64,000 bases of DNA from Eledone cirrhosa (Eukaryota), in contig OZ024747.1 of assembly GCA_964016885.1 (NCBI GenBank), positions 52,700,001 to 52,764,000 on the forward strand, given 5' to 3'. Under the pieces are notes generated by a model, which was not told where the DNA came from, ran no database searches, and was given only the letters and a program-made list of their open reading frames with translations. The translations under genes were made by a program, and so were the position numbers. Positions 27,950 to 38,695 of this stretch are shown piece by piece. The first letter of the stretch is position 1. Each line of letters begins with the position of its first letter.

Positions 27950-27950
<1 letters not shown>
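27850..27950 (-). mobile_element. Family C element end with 3' half of a hammerhead
   Basis: Minus strand GTCCGAAACGTTGAAAACCC...CAAGCGTGAA resembles 663-790 and 48855-48978. Confidence 0.5.
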
Positions 27951-27993
<43 letters not shown>

Positions 27994-28944
27994 TTGTGTA
28001 CTTCGATCAGAAGATCGGCAGTTATGAGATGATACATAAGATTTAATATTATAAAGATTTGGCTACAGGGCCGATAGATATAAAGAAAGCTAGCAAGCAC
28101 ATAGTGTGTGTGTGTGTGTGTAATCTTTATAATATTAAAATCTTTCAGAAAAATAAAGCTACGATTAAAACTAACTCATACATATATATATATATATCAC
28201 CTATCTACACTTTACTTAATTTCTCTCTCTTTCTCATGTGTGTGTGTGTGTATGTGTGTATATATACATATGAGTGTGTGAGCTATATTTTGCCTCTGTC
28301 GGTGTCTAGTTGTGTTTACAAATCACATATACACACACGTAAAGAGAGAGAGAGAGAGTGTGGGGAACAGAGCAAGTGTGTATGTATGTGAGATAGATAG
28401 AGAGAGAGGAGTGAGAGAGAGAGAGTAGCAGTATGAGGAGATATTAGTTCCTGAGAGAGAGGGAGATGGTAAAGCATGAGTGCAGTAGTAGAAGCAGCAA
28501 AGCTTGGCAGGCTACATAGAAACGAGAGAAACAGCAGCTGTATAGGCACACACACGTGTGTGCGTGTATATATATATATATACTGCGTGTATATATATAT
28601 ATACACGTGTGTATATATATATAAGGTGACAATAATAGCCGAGCACTGTTACTGAAAGGAAGGTGGGGGCAACTTTCTCTTTCATTCAATTCTATCTATA
28701 TTCTTCACTCTCTTTTCCTCTTTGCTTTTTGTTTCTTTGTTTTTGTCATTCAATTAAATTCATCCATTCCCCCTGCTCCTCTCTCTTTCTTTTTCTATCT
28801 ATCTTTTTGGCTCCTTCCGCTCTTTTCTTTATTCTTTTAATCCCTCTCCTCCCCTTCCTTCTATAATATTATCAAAAACCTCATCACATCTTTTTTACTC
28901 CGCTCTCTCTCTTTCTCACACAAATATATTTAATTCTTATATTA

Positions 28945-29256
28945 TTCTTTTACTGGTTTCAGCCATTATAACGCGGCCATGTTAGGGCACCACCACCTTC
29001 TTTTATTTGACCATATATCAGCGCCAGTATTATTTTTTTTTTTTTCAAGTCTGATACATTATTCGTCGATTGCTTTTTGTCGAATCGCTATGTTACGGGA
29101 CATAAAACATACAGGTAGTGACTCAAATGTAAACATAAGCAGAAAACATAGACGACGGCTTCCTGCAGTTTCCGTTTACCAAATTCCATCCACAAGACAT
29201 GGTCAAACACGGGTTAGAGCTGAAGACACTTGCCCAAGGTGCTACGCAGTGGGAAT
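28945..29256 (-). mobile_element. Diverged SINE (CORE-like)
   Basis: GAAGACACTTGCCCAAGGTGCTACGCAGTGGGA core on the minus strand plus a long tail. Confidence 0.55.
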
Positions 29257-29263
29257 GCATGCG

Positions 29264-29311
<48 letters not shown>

Positions 29312-29832
29312 AATATTTATATATATATACACACACACATTTATATACATAGATATATAAAATATAGAGCGGTGTATGAATACATATTTTTTGTCTCCTC
29401 TCCCTTTCCTCTCTCTATCATTATATTATTTCTCTCTCTATTTTTCTTCACCCTCTTTCATAGTTCATATATTTAGTTACTCACTCCGCCCCTTTCTCTT
29501 GTTTTGTTTTGTTTTTTATTTTTGTCACTTCTTCATTTCATGTCTCTCTCTCTCTCGTTTCTGTTTTCTTTAGAAAAACGATAAAATTAAGAGGAAATTA
29601 GATAATATGAGATACGGAGAAGGACGAGAAGATGTAGGCGATACTTTTAAGACACTCCTTTTTTTTTTTTCTTTTACTTATTACGTTTTTAAGATTTAAT
29701 TTAATTAAATACGTTGAAATGTGCCCAGCCCTCCTTTTTTTTTAGTCGCTACGATACATATATATTACACTCACTCACACAGACTATATATATATATATA
29801 CATTACACTATATTTATATGTGTGTGTGTGTG

Positions 29833-29920
29833 TATATATTCAGTCTGGAACTAGCTGTTGAAACAAGAGCTCAGGACCCCGACGGCTGAGCTCTGGCTCT
29901 TTCAACAGCTAGTTCCAGGC

Positions 29921-29930
<10 letters not shown>
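29833..29930. mobile_element. Family B fold-back fragment in (TA)n
   Basis: TTCAGTCTGGAACTAGCTGTTGAAA pairs with TTTCAACAGCTAGTTCCAGGCTGAA; contains GACCCCGACGGCTGAGCTC. Confidence 0.7.
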
Positions 29931-29962
<32 letters not shown>

Positions 29963-30289
29963 GTAAACCTTATTTCTCTATTCCTATATAGAATGAATGA
30001 CTTACTCTCTCATTCAACATTTCTTTATCTACCCAATTCCTCCTCTCACTATTGCTACTACACTCACTCCTACTCTATCTAAAAGCACTACTGACACACC
30101 CCTCACATTTTTCTGTCTTTCTCTAAAACCTTACTTCTATTGTCACGACCCCTTTACTCTAGTTTATATCTATGCTGTCACTCTTTTTTCTTTACTCCTT
30201 GTTTTTAAAGCATATGTGTTAAATAATGTATGTATAAACTAATGTCTATTAAATATATTGTCTGTGTGTGTGTAAAATAGTATATAAGG

Positions 30290-30715
30290 ACTATATATAT
30301 ATAAATATATATACATACATACATGTGTGTGTGTATATATATATATATGTGTGTGTATGTATATATATATATGAGTGTGTATGTATATATATATATGAGT
30401 GTGTATATATATATATATATATATGAGTGTGTATGTATATATATATATGAGTGTGTATGTATATATATATATGAGTGTGTATGTATATATATATATGAGT
30501 GTGTATGTATATATATATGTGTGTGTATGTATATATATATGTGTGTGTGTATGTATATATATATATATGTGTGCGTAATTATATATATATATATGTGTGC
30601 GTATGTATATATATATGAGTGTGTATGTATATATATATGTGTGTGTATGTATATATGAGTGTGTATGTATATATATATATGTGTGTATATGTATATATAT
30701 ATATGTGTGTATATA

Positions 30716-30786
<71 letters not shown>

Positions 30787-30971
30787 ATATATGTATGTGT
30801 ATATATATATACATACATATGTGTGTGTGTATGTAAAATAGTATATAAGGACTATATATATACTAGTGTGAATCTAAAATAATATATTAAGTACGATGTG
30901 TATGTGTGTGTATATATACCTTCCATATACTGTACCGATTGTGTTGTTATTTCTGTTTACCTTTTACACAC

Positions 30972-31063
<92 letters not shown>

Positions 31064-31113
31064 AGGGTTGACGGACCCAGCATATTTATCAATGCCAGTA
31101 CCGGTTGTATCTC

Positions 31114-31177
<64 letters not shown>

Positions 31178-31218
31178 ATATAAATATATATATATGTGTG
31201 TATATATATATATATGTG

Positions 31219-31269
<51 letters not shown>

Positions 31270-31280
31270 GTGTGTATTTA
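30290..31280. repeat. Complex (TA)n/(TG)n array with embedded short element ends
   Basis: Direct inspection; GTAAAATAGTATATAAGGACTATATA occurs at both ~30271 and ~30833. Confidence 0.9.
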
Positions 31281-31918
31281 AACAGGCACCACACTCCTAC
31301 TTTCTTCCCGACCCCCTCCGCCCAACTGGCTCTGCCAACTTTTTCCTCCAATATTATTTATCTACCTATCACCCTCTCTTACTTCTTCTACAGTGGCGGG
31401 GAAGAGAGGGAGGGGGGTAGGGGGGAGGCTTACCTACAATTTAATGACGATGTCCTTTCTACGTTTTTCCGATCACTTCTGACAAACGATAATAATGATG
31501 ATCATGATGATGATGATATCTTCGTTGTATCTATTGTTAACTCCCCCCCCCCCTCCTCTGTTGTTCACTCCCACCCTGTTATCACCACCACCACCATCAC
31601 CAAGTTTCTATACATACAATACACAGTTCCGTCCACACCACCATCACCAACATTGACTGGCTTGTTGGCCTCGCCTTACAGAAATAATTAATTTATAAGT
31701 TTCTTAGAACATAGAAACATATTTTTACATTCTTATCTACTTACCGACCGACCTACCTATCTTACTACGTTTCATTTCACACTTGTATTTATTTATCTAT
31801 CTATATTCTATATATATTCGAGGTTAACTTTGCCTTTCATCCTAACGGGGGTCGATAAAATAAAGTACCAGTAATACACTGGGGTAATTGCTGGCCTTGT
31901 GCCTATTGTAGAAACAAC

Positions 31919-31975
<57 letters not shown>

Positions 31976-32001
31976 TTAACCCCGACGGGATTAAACATTT
32001 T

Positions 32002-32052
<51 letters not shown>

Positions 32053-32128
32053 GAAGTAAATCCGTTGGAAAAGTCCAGGAAAAAAGAGTGCTCTATGTAG
32101 GTAACAGAGCTTAATAGTTATGTATACA

Positions 32129-32160
<32 letters not shown>

Positions 32161-32164
<4 letters not shown>

Positions 32165-32299
32165 AAAATGTTTAATCCTGACGCTTGAGCTCTGCTGTCG
32201 GGGTTAAACATGTTTCTATTACCTACTCTACTACCCCAAGTATTGAGTACTCAGGTGCGTTATGGTCCATCTGGTTCCTTACCACACTTCCTTCGTTTT
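32161..32299 (+). mobile_element. Family B element, fold-back at GAGCTC plus tail
   Basis: TAGGAAAATGTTTAATCCTGACG...GTCGGGGTTAAACATGTTTCTA, then tail CAAGTATTGAGTACT...GGTTCCTTACCAC...CCTTCGTT(TA)n. Confidence 0.75.
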
Positions 32300-32305
32300 A
32301 TATAT

Positions 32306-32347
<42 letters not shown>

Positions 32348-33129
32348 CACCCGTTTTACGTGTGTTGTATTGAAGCGAATAACTATGTGTATACTCTGGG
32401 AATGTATCTTACATTGCCTATTGAGTACGCTGAGATACAACCGGTCCTGGCATTGATAAATATGCTGGGTCCGTCAACTCCTTATTATATATATATAAGG
32501 TAAACAGAAATAACAACACAATCGGTACAGTATATATATATATATTCACTAATTTAAAAAACACCAAAGAATCAATGCATTTTCAAGCTACCATATGTTT
32601 CAGCCCACCTAACATTGTCCCCGGGGTCATAGAACTGCAGTTCAAAAATCTTGAAAAATAAAATTTTTTTTTAATAAAAAGTTTTAAATTTAATTTTTTT
32701 AATGTTTTATAATTTGACCTTCAGGAGTTGGTTCAGGTTGGCATCATCATCATCATATATACATATATTTCATATCTTTGTCCACGTGCTTGAATGAAGG
32801 GCCAGTTTAAAAAAGTGCCTCCTCCTTATACAGTGGCGGCCATGACTGGACCCCGAAACCATTGGTAGCACATCACATACATGTTAAGTGTATGAAACTT
32901 TGTATGTCTCTATTTGTCTATTACGGTAAACTCATCTACCACACCCAGTGATGGATTCTGGATCTGGAAGGACTGCAGCCAGGAGGGACCTACAATATTT
33001 AAAGGGCTCCATGCAAGCTCATATCTGCCCGCATACCACCATATCTGCCCTCTCTCCGAAATCTACAACTTCAAACCCCCCTCTCTCTCTCTCTTTCTCT
33101 GTATATATATATATATACATAAGTACATT

Positions 33130-33171
<42 letters not shown>

Positions 33172-33692
33172 TATAAAGAGACGGGACCCGACGGCTGAGC
33201 TATTACCGTTTCAACGGCTAATTCCTGACTCTTTACAATATGACCATACTCTACTACCCCAAGTATCGAGTTCTCTGTTGAGTAATGGTATATAACCAGT
33301 TTCAAACTGAATCTATCCTGTGTGTGAGTCTACTTACGTACACACACACATGAATTACGCCTTTATCATTTTTTCAACTCAATTTTTCGAAGGCGTAATT
33401 CCTAGAACGTCAGAATCTTGAAAACATCAACTAATACCAACACACAAATACACAACATTATTCCATACAGCCCAGTATATACAACACTGTAGTATTAGCA
33501 CCATTATTCTCACTGTTCGTTCATTATATTCGTAGCGGCCGATGCCAAACCCTTTTCCGTCTCTAAGGGTCTTCATTATTTTATAAACTCTTTCATAGCA
33601 TCACCGAGCATGAGCACACCATTTTTTTTATATTTACTTTATCCCCTTGGCGCTTATATATATATCATAACCATAACCAATGGAGCGCCTTC

Positions 33693-33743
<51 letters not shown>

Positions 33744-33746
<3 letters not shown>

Positions 33747-33865
33747 CGAAGGAAATGTGGTAAGGAACCAGATGGATCATAACGCACCAAAGTACTCAAT
33801 ACTTAGGGTAGTAGGAACAAGTATGACCCCGACGGCAGAGCTCTGCCGTCGGGGTCATACTTGTT

Positions 33866-33869
<4 letters not shown>
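33744..33869 (-). mobile_element. Family B element ending in a perfect 58-bp palindrome (33812-33869)
   Basis: TAGGAACAAGTATGACCCCGACGGCAGAG|CTCTGCCGTCGGGGTCATACTTGTTCCTA, flanked by (TA)n on both sides. Confidence 0.85.
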
Positions 33870-33913
<44 letters not shown>

Positions 33914-33914
33914 G

Positions 33915-34128
33915 GAAGGCACTCCATTGGTTACGACGACGAGTGTTCCAGTTGATCCGATCAACGGAATAGCCTGCTCGTGAAATTAACACGCAAGTGG
34001 CTGAGCAGTCCACAGACACGCGTTCACTTAACGTATTTCTCAGCGAGATTCAGTGTAACACAGAATGTGACAAGGCTGGCCATTCGAACTAAAGGTACAA
34101 CTCATTTCTGCCAACTGAATGGACTGGT
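33915..34128 (-). mobile_element. SINE family 2, 3' half
   Basis: GGCACTCCATTGGTTACGACGACGAG...GTGGCTGAGCA...GTGACAAGGC. Confidence 0.8.
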
Positions 34129-34306
34129 GGATCATATATATACATATATATATTAGTAATAATAAATGTGAAGACTAAAACCCGAAGCGGACTCCATAAG
34201 GATTATATATATCTAGACTTCTGCGTCCACAGATTGATTTTTTTTTTTTTTCAGTTTCAGAAGATCCTGTTAAGCGATTCTTTGCTTAAACTTTAATCTG
34301 TTCTTA

Positions 34307-34357
<51 letters not shown>

Positions 34358-34361
<4 letters not shown>

Positions 34362-34504
34362 AACCAGTAAGACCCCGACAGCTGAGCTCAAGCCGTTTCG
34401 ACGGCTAATTCTGGACTAAACCTATTACCCACTCTACTACCTCAAGTATTGAGTACTTTGGTGCGTTATGGTCCACCTGGTTCCTTACCACATTTCCTTC
34501 GTTA
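34358..34504. mobile_element. Family B element: inverted head fused to forward tail
   Basis: GACCCCGACAGCTGAGCTCAAGCCGTTTCGACGGCTAATTCTGGACTA, then CCTATTACCCACTCTAC...CCTTCGTTA(TA)n. Confidence 0.8.
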
Positions 34505-34526
34505 TATATATATATATATATATATA

Positions 34527-34687
34527 TAAGGCAAAAGACTAATTGTCAACAATATCTTTTGCATTTGCATTTTTATTCTATGTCCATACCTGCATTGTTT
34601 TGGCTTTACAAATACAAACTTTTATATATATATATATATATGTGTGTTTATATACGTTTATATATACATATATGTATGTATATATGT

Positions 34688-34738
<51 letters not shown>

Positions 34739-34769
34739 CACATATATACATACATATATGTATATATAA

Positions 34770-34829
<60 letters not shown>

Positions 34830-34972
34830 GTTTGTATTTGTAAAGCCAAAACAATGCAGGTATGGACATAGAATAAAAATGCAAATGCAAAAGATATTGT
34901 TGACAATTAGTCTTTTGCCTTAAATTTATTTAAATGTCCTTAATTTTCGAGATAATATCTCTTCTTCGGAGG
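34527..34972. mobile_element. Tail-to-tail 93-bp inverted arms around a TA array; right arm extends to a minimal HHR-like motif (34938-34972, minus)
   Basis: 34527-34619 is the reverse complement of 34830-34922. Minus strand CCT-CCGAAGA-A-GAGA-TATTA-TCTC-GAA-AATT-A-AGG. Confidence 0.75.
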
Positions 34973-35029
34973 GAAGTAAAGCGGTTAAACCAGTGTTCTA
35001 AATAGCTTGCCAAGTCATGCTGACAGGAA

Positions 35030-35061
<32 letters not shown>

Positions 35062-35540
35062 TTGTGTGTAAAAAGAGTCAGTTTCGCCCCATGTTTATTT
35101 TATTTTATTTTATTTAATTTTACTTAAATAGGAAAAAGTACATTCCATATGAAAATATAGATTTGATGGGGTTGGTACACAGAGCCGCAGTAATAAATGC
35201 ACTGGGCCCTAGGCTTTCAGGTATTTAAGGACCATCTCCTTTTTTACCCTCCCCTATAGTAACAACAACAAAAAAGAGGGTGAGTGTCCGTCGTCTCTGT
35301 AGGTGCTTTAGACTTCACCCAAGTCAAACATGAATAATATGGCCCTGGTTAGTATAGGTCAAATCTTTTAAATCTGGTATCTCTCATGATCCGATACGTT
35401 TTGAATTTGATATAATCTGCCTACGTCTACCTTGTATATTATTATTTTGGGACTTGAAAAAAAAAAACGCTTGTTATAAAGCATTATAAATTGTAATATT
35501 TCCTGTTATAAGCTTCGTTCTAGCTTTGATAAGACATCAA

Positions 35541-35584
<44 letters not shown>

Positions 35585-35687
35585 TATATAATTATTCATG
35601 TAATAAACAACACATTACATAATTAAATAGCTCTGTACTATACATAGAGCACTCTTCTTTCCTTTACCCTTTTTACGGAAATAATTA

Positions 35688-35740
<53 letters not shown>

Positions 35741-35824
35741 CATACACGCACAAAATAGGGGCACACGCGACAAGGTCAACGGAAACACACATACACGCGC
35801 GCGCATATTATATCCAGGAGACTC

Positions 35825-36000
35825 CAACCGTGAAGGTTGCATTTTTCAGGGTATGTCAATATTTATTTATAAAACTAATCTATATTATATTTTATCTGAT
35901 GAAGGCGCCCCATAATTTGCCTTGGTGGCCCTTGAAATATGTATAATGAAATAAATATGGTTTTATAAATATAGTTTCCATTTGTTTAATATATTGTATA
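35825..36000 (+). mobile_element. Family E element with type I hammerhead at 35888-35953
   Basis: TATTTTAT-CTGATGA-AGG...CCTT-GAA-ATATGTAT-A-ATGAAATA; homologous to the 36389-36702 arms; ends in (TA)n. Confidence 0.7.
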
Positions 36001-36020
36001 TATATATATATATATGTGTG

Positions 36021-36062
<42 letters not shown>

Positions 36063-36247
36063 AGGATAAAAAGGACGATTGATTATTCCTTCATTGCATT
36101 TATTGATAGGTGACGCACGTTTCGCCACTGATCAGCTCAAGGTTCGATCTATATCGATCCTACCCGACTCAATAATCGGCAGAAGTGAACCTAAACATTG
36201 AGTGCTCACCCGGGTGAACCTGCAGTAACTCCTAGTTACACCCACTG

Positions 36248-36305
<58 letters not shown>

Positions 36306-36388
36306 AAAGTTCTATTTAAAGTTGTTGGGATACAACAAGTAAATATTTTTATAACTGATATAAAGCACTCGACAAGTTTTTGGAGTAG

Positions 36389-36696
36389 ATATACGATATT
36401 AATAAATGGAAACTATATTTATAAAACCATATTTATTTCATTATACATATTTCAGGGATACCAAATTAAATTATGGTATGCCTTCATCAGACAAAATACA
36501 ATATATAACAGTTTTACAAATAAGCTTTGACGTACCCTATTAAAATGCAACCATTATTTTTGAAAGCTTATTTGTAAAACTGTTATATATTGTATTTTGT
36601 CTGATGAAGGCATACCATAATTTAATTTGGTATACCTGAAATATGTATAATGAAATAAATATGGTTTTATAAATATAGTTTCCATTTATTAATATC

Positions 36697-36702
<6 letters not shown>
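36389..36702. mobile_element. Family E palindrome: 140-bp arms, each containing a hammerhead (36434-36498 minus; 36593-36657 plus)
   Basis: Arms 36389-36528 and 36563-36702 are almost identical. HHR: UAUUUUGU-CUGAUGA-AGGCAUACCA-10-nt loop-UGGUAUACCU-GAA-AUAUGUAU-A-AUGAAAUA. Confidence 0.85.
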
Positions 36703-36746
<44 letters not shown>

Positions 36747-36976
36747 GAATAATCGAGATAAATCACGATAAACAATATCCGACATGTGTGGCAGACGGCT
36801 CAATAATTTGGATAAACCAGAGCTATAACTATCGTTAAATTACCAACACATAGAGATTATGCCTAAAATCACCCGTGCAGCCGAAAAAGAACGACCAGGA
36901 AGATTCGGGTCACTCAAATAAAATATCAATAAATTAATAAATTAAATGAATATATATATATATATATATATATATA

Positions 36977-37109
36977 CGTTATTCCTGGTTGAATCGGAGG
37001 TAACCACAGTAAGTAAGGTACTCAATACATTGCAGAGTATAAAAGTTTTAATATAGATGGGATTCTACAGGACTAGAACTGTTTCATTCATTAGAAATCA
37101 TCAGGAATC

Positions 37110-37110
<1 letters not shown>
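36977..37110 (-). mobile_element. Family A element, 134 bp, between (TA)n tracts, with complete hammerhead at 37060-37110
   Basis: Minus strand AGATTC-CTGATGA-T-TTC-TAAT-GAA-T-GAA-ACAG-TTCTAGTC-CTGT-A-GAATCC; tail nearly identical to 16255-16340. Confidence 0.85.
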
Positions 37111-37141
<31 letters not shown>

Positions 37142-37548
37142 GACAATATGCTTTCCCTACGGTTTAGTTTATTTGCACAACGAACGTTTTCACCTCAGTA
37201 ATTTCCCATTCAGTATTACCAACTGCGTGTATAGGACAGTACATTACATTACAAGACACTAACATTACATTACAATACACTAACATTACAGTCACTCAAC
37301 TGTTGACCCAATCATACTAACATCAATAAGAACACTAATACAAACAACCTGCGTAAAGCGTTACAGCCACCTTATAATGGCGGCGGCGGTGATGATGGTG
37401 GCGGTGGCGGTGGTGGTGATGGTGAAAATGGCGGCGGTGTTGGTGGTGGTGGTGGTGGTGGTGTGGTGGTGGTCATGGTGATGTTATTAACAGGCATTAA
37501 AAACCAGATTTTGGGTTAGGAGGAAGGAAATAAGAATGAAAACATCCG

Positions 37549-37615
<67 letters not shown>

Positions 37616-38212
37616 CTGGCTGATGGTCATTTGGTGAGGGAGAGAGCACTACCAACAACTTTTGGTGTAACCTATCTATCTATCTATCCACATATCTATC
37701 TGTTTATCTATATCTCTGTCTATGTATCTATCTATCTATTGCACATGTTTTCGGGGGTATGTGTTACCCATATGAACTGTCTCCCCCTATTGGGGAAAAT
37801 CGACTAATTTTTAAATTGCATTTGTGATGATATTTTACACGTTTTTATTGTATGTAAAGTTCCTCCTTTGTATTTGTCCCCTTCTTTTGTGCCCCTGTGG
37901 CTAATAAAGAAACATATCTATCTGCATATCTATCTATCCCTATCTATATCTATCTATATCTATCTATCTATCTATCCCTATCTATATCTATCTATCTATC
38001 CCCTATCTATATCTATCTATATATCTGTATATCCACATATCTATATGTATATTTATCTCTGTATCTACCTATCTCCCTATCTATCAGCCTATCGAAGCCT
38101 TTAAATTAGTTGAAAAACTAATTTAAAGGGTCCAATAAGCTCATCTACCAGTCACTGGTTGATTTAGGGGCTGAAAGGTCCTGGGTGTGTGTATGTTTGT
38201 GTGTAATTGTAA

Positions 38213-38257
<45 letters not shown>

Positions 38258-38334
38258 TCATGTCTGTCACAATTTCCAGACGTCTCCGGACTATTACAAT
38301 ATGCAGTCGTTACCCATACTGGAATACTATAACA

Positions 38335-38695
38335 TACACTCCAGATGACAACCATACCTGACTACGATACACTCCATATGTCAACCAACCGGACTACCAT
38401 ACACTCCAGATGACAACCATACCTGACTACGATACAGTCCAGATGTCATCCATACCGGACTACATTACACTCCAGATGACAACCATACCTGACTACGATA
38501 CACTCCTTATGTCAACCAACCGGACTACCATACACTCCTGATGACAACCATACCTGACTACGATACAGTCCTTATGTCAACCAACCAGACTATATTACAC
38601 TCCAGATGACAACCATACCTGACTACGATACAGTCCAGATGTCATCCATACCGGACTACATTACACTCCAGATGTCATCCATACCGAACTATCAC
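38335..38695. repeat. 32/33-bp minisatellite, ~11 copies
   Basis: Unit ACACTCCAGATGACAACCATACCTGACTACGAT alternates with variant units. Confidence 0.9.

Noticed and set aside
35179-35347. hAT-like MITE (CAGAGCCG...GGCCCTG)
   Set aside because: Termini match weakly and no 8-bp TSD is visible.
37378-37485. Gly-rich or Pro/His-rich coding exon
   Set aside because: Simple (GGT/GGC)n trinucleotide repeat without flanking coding context.
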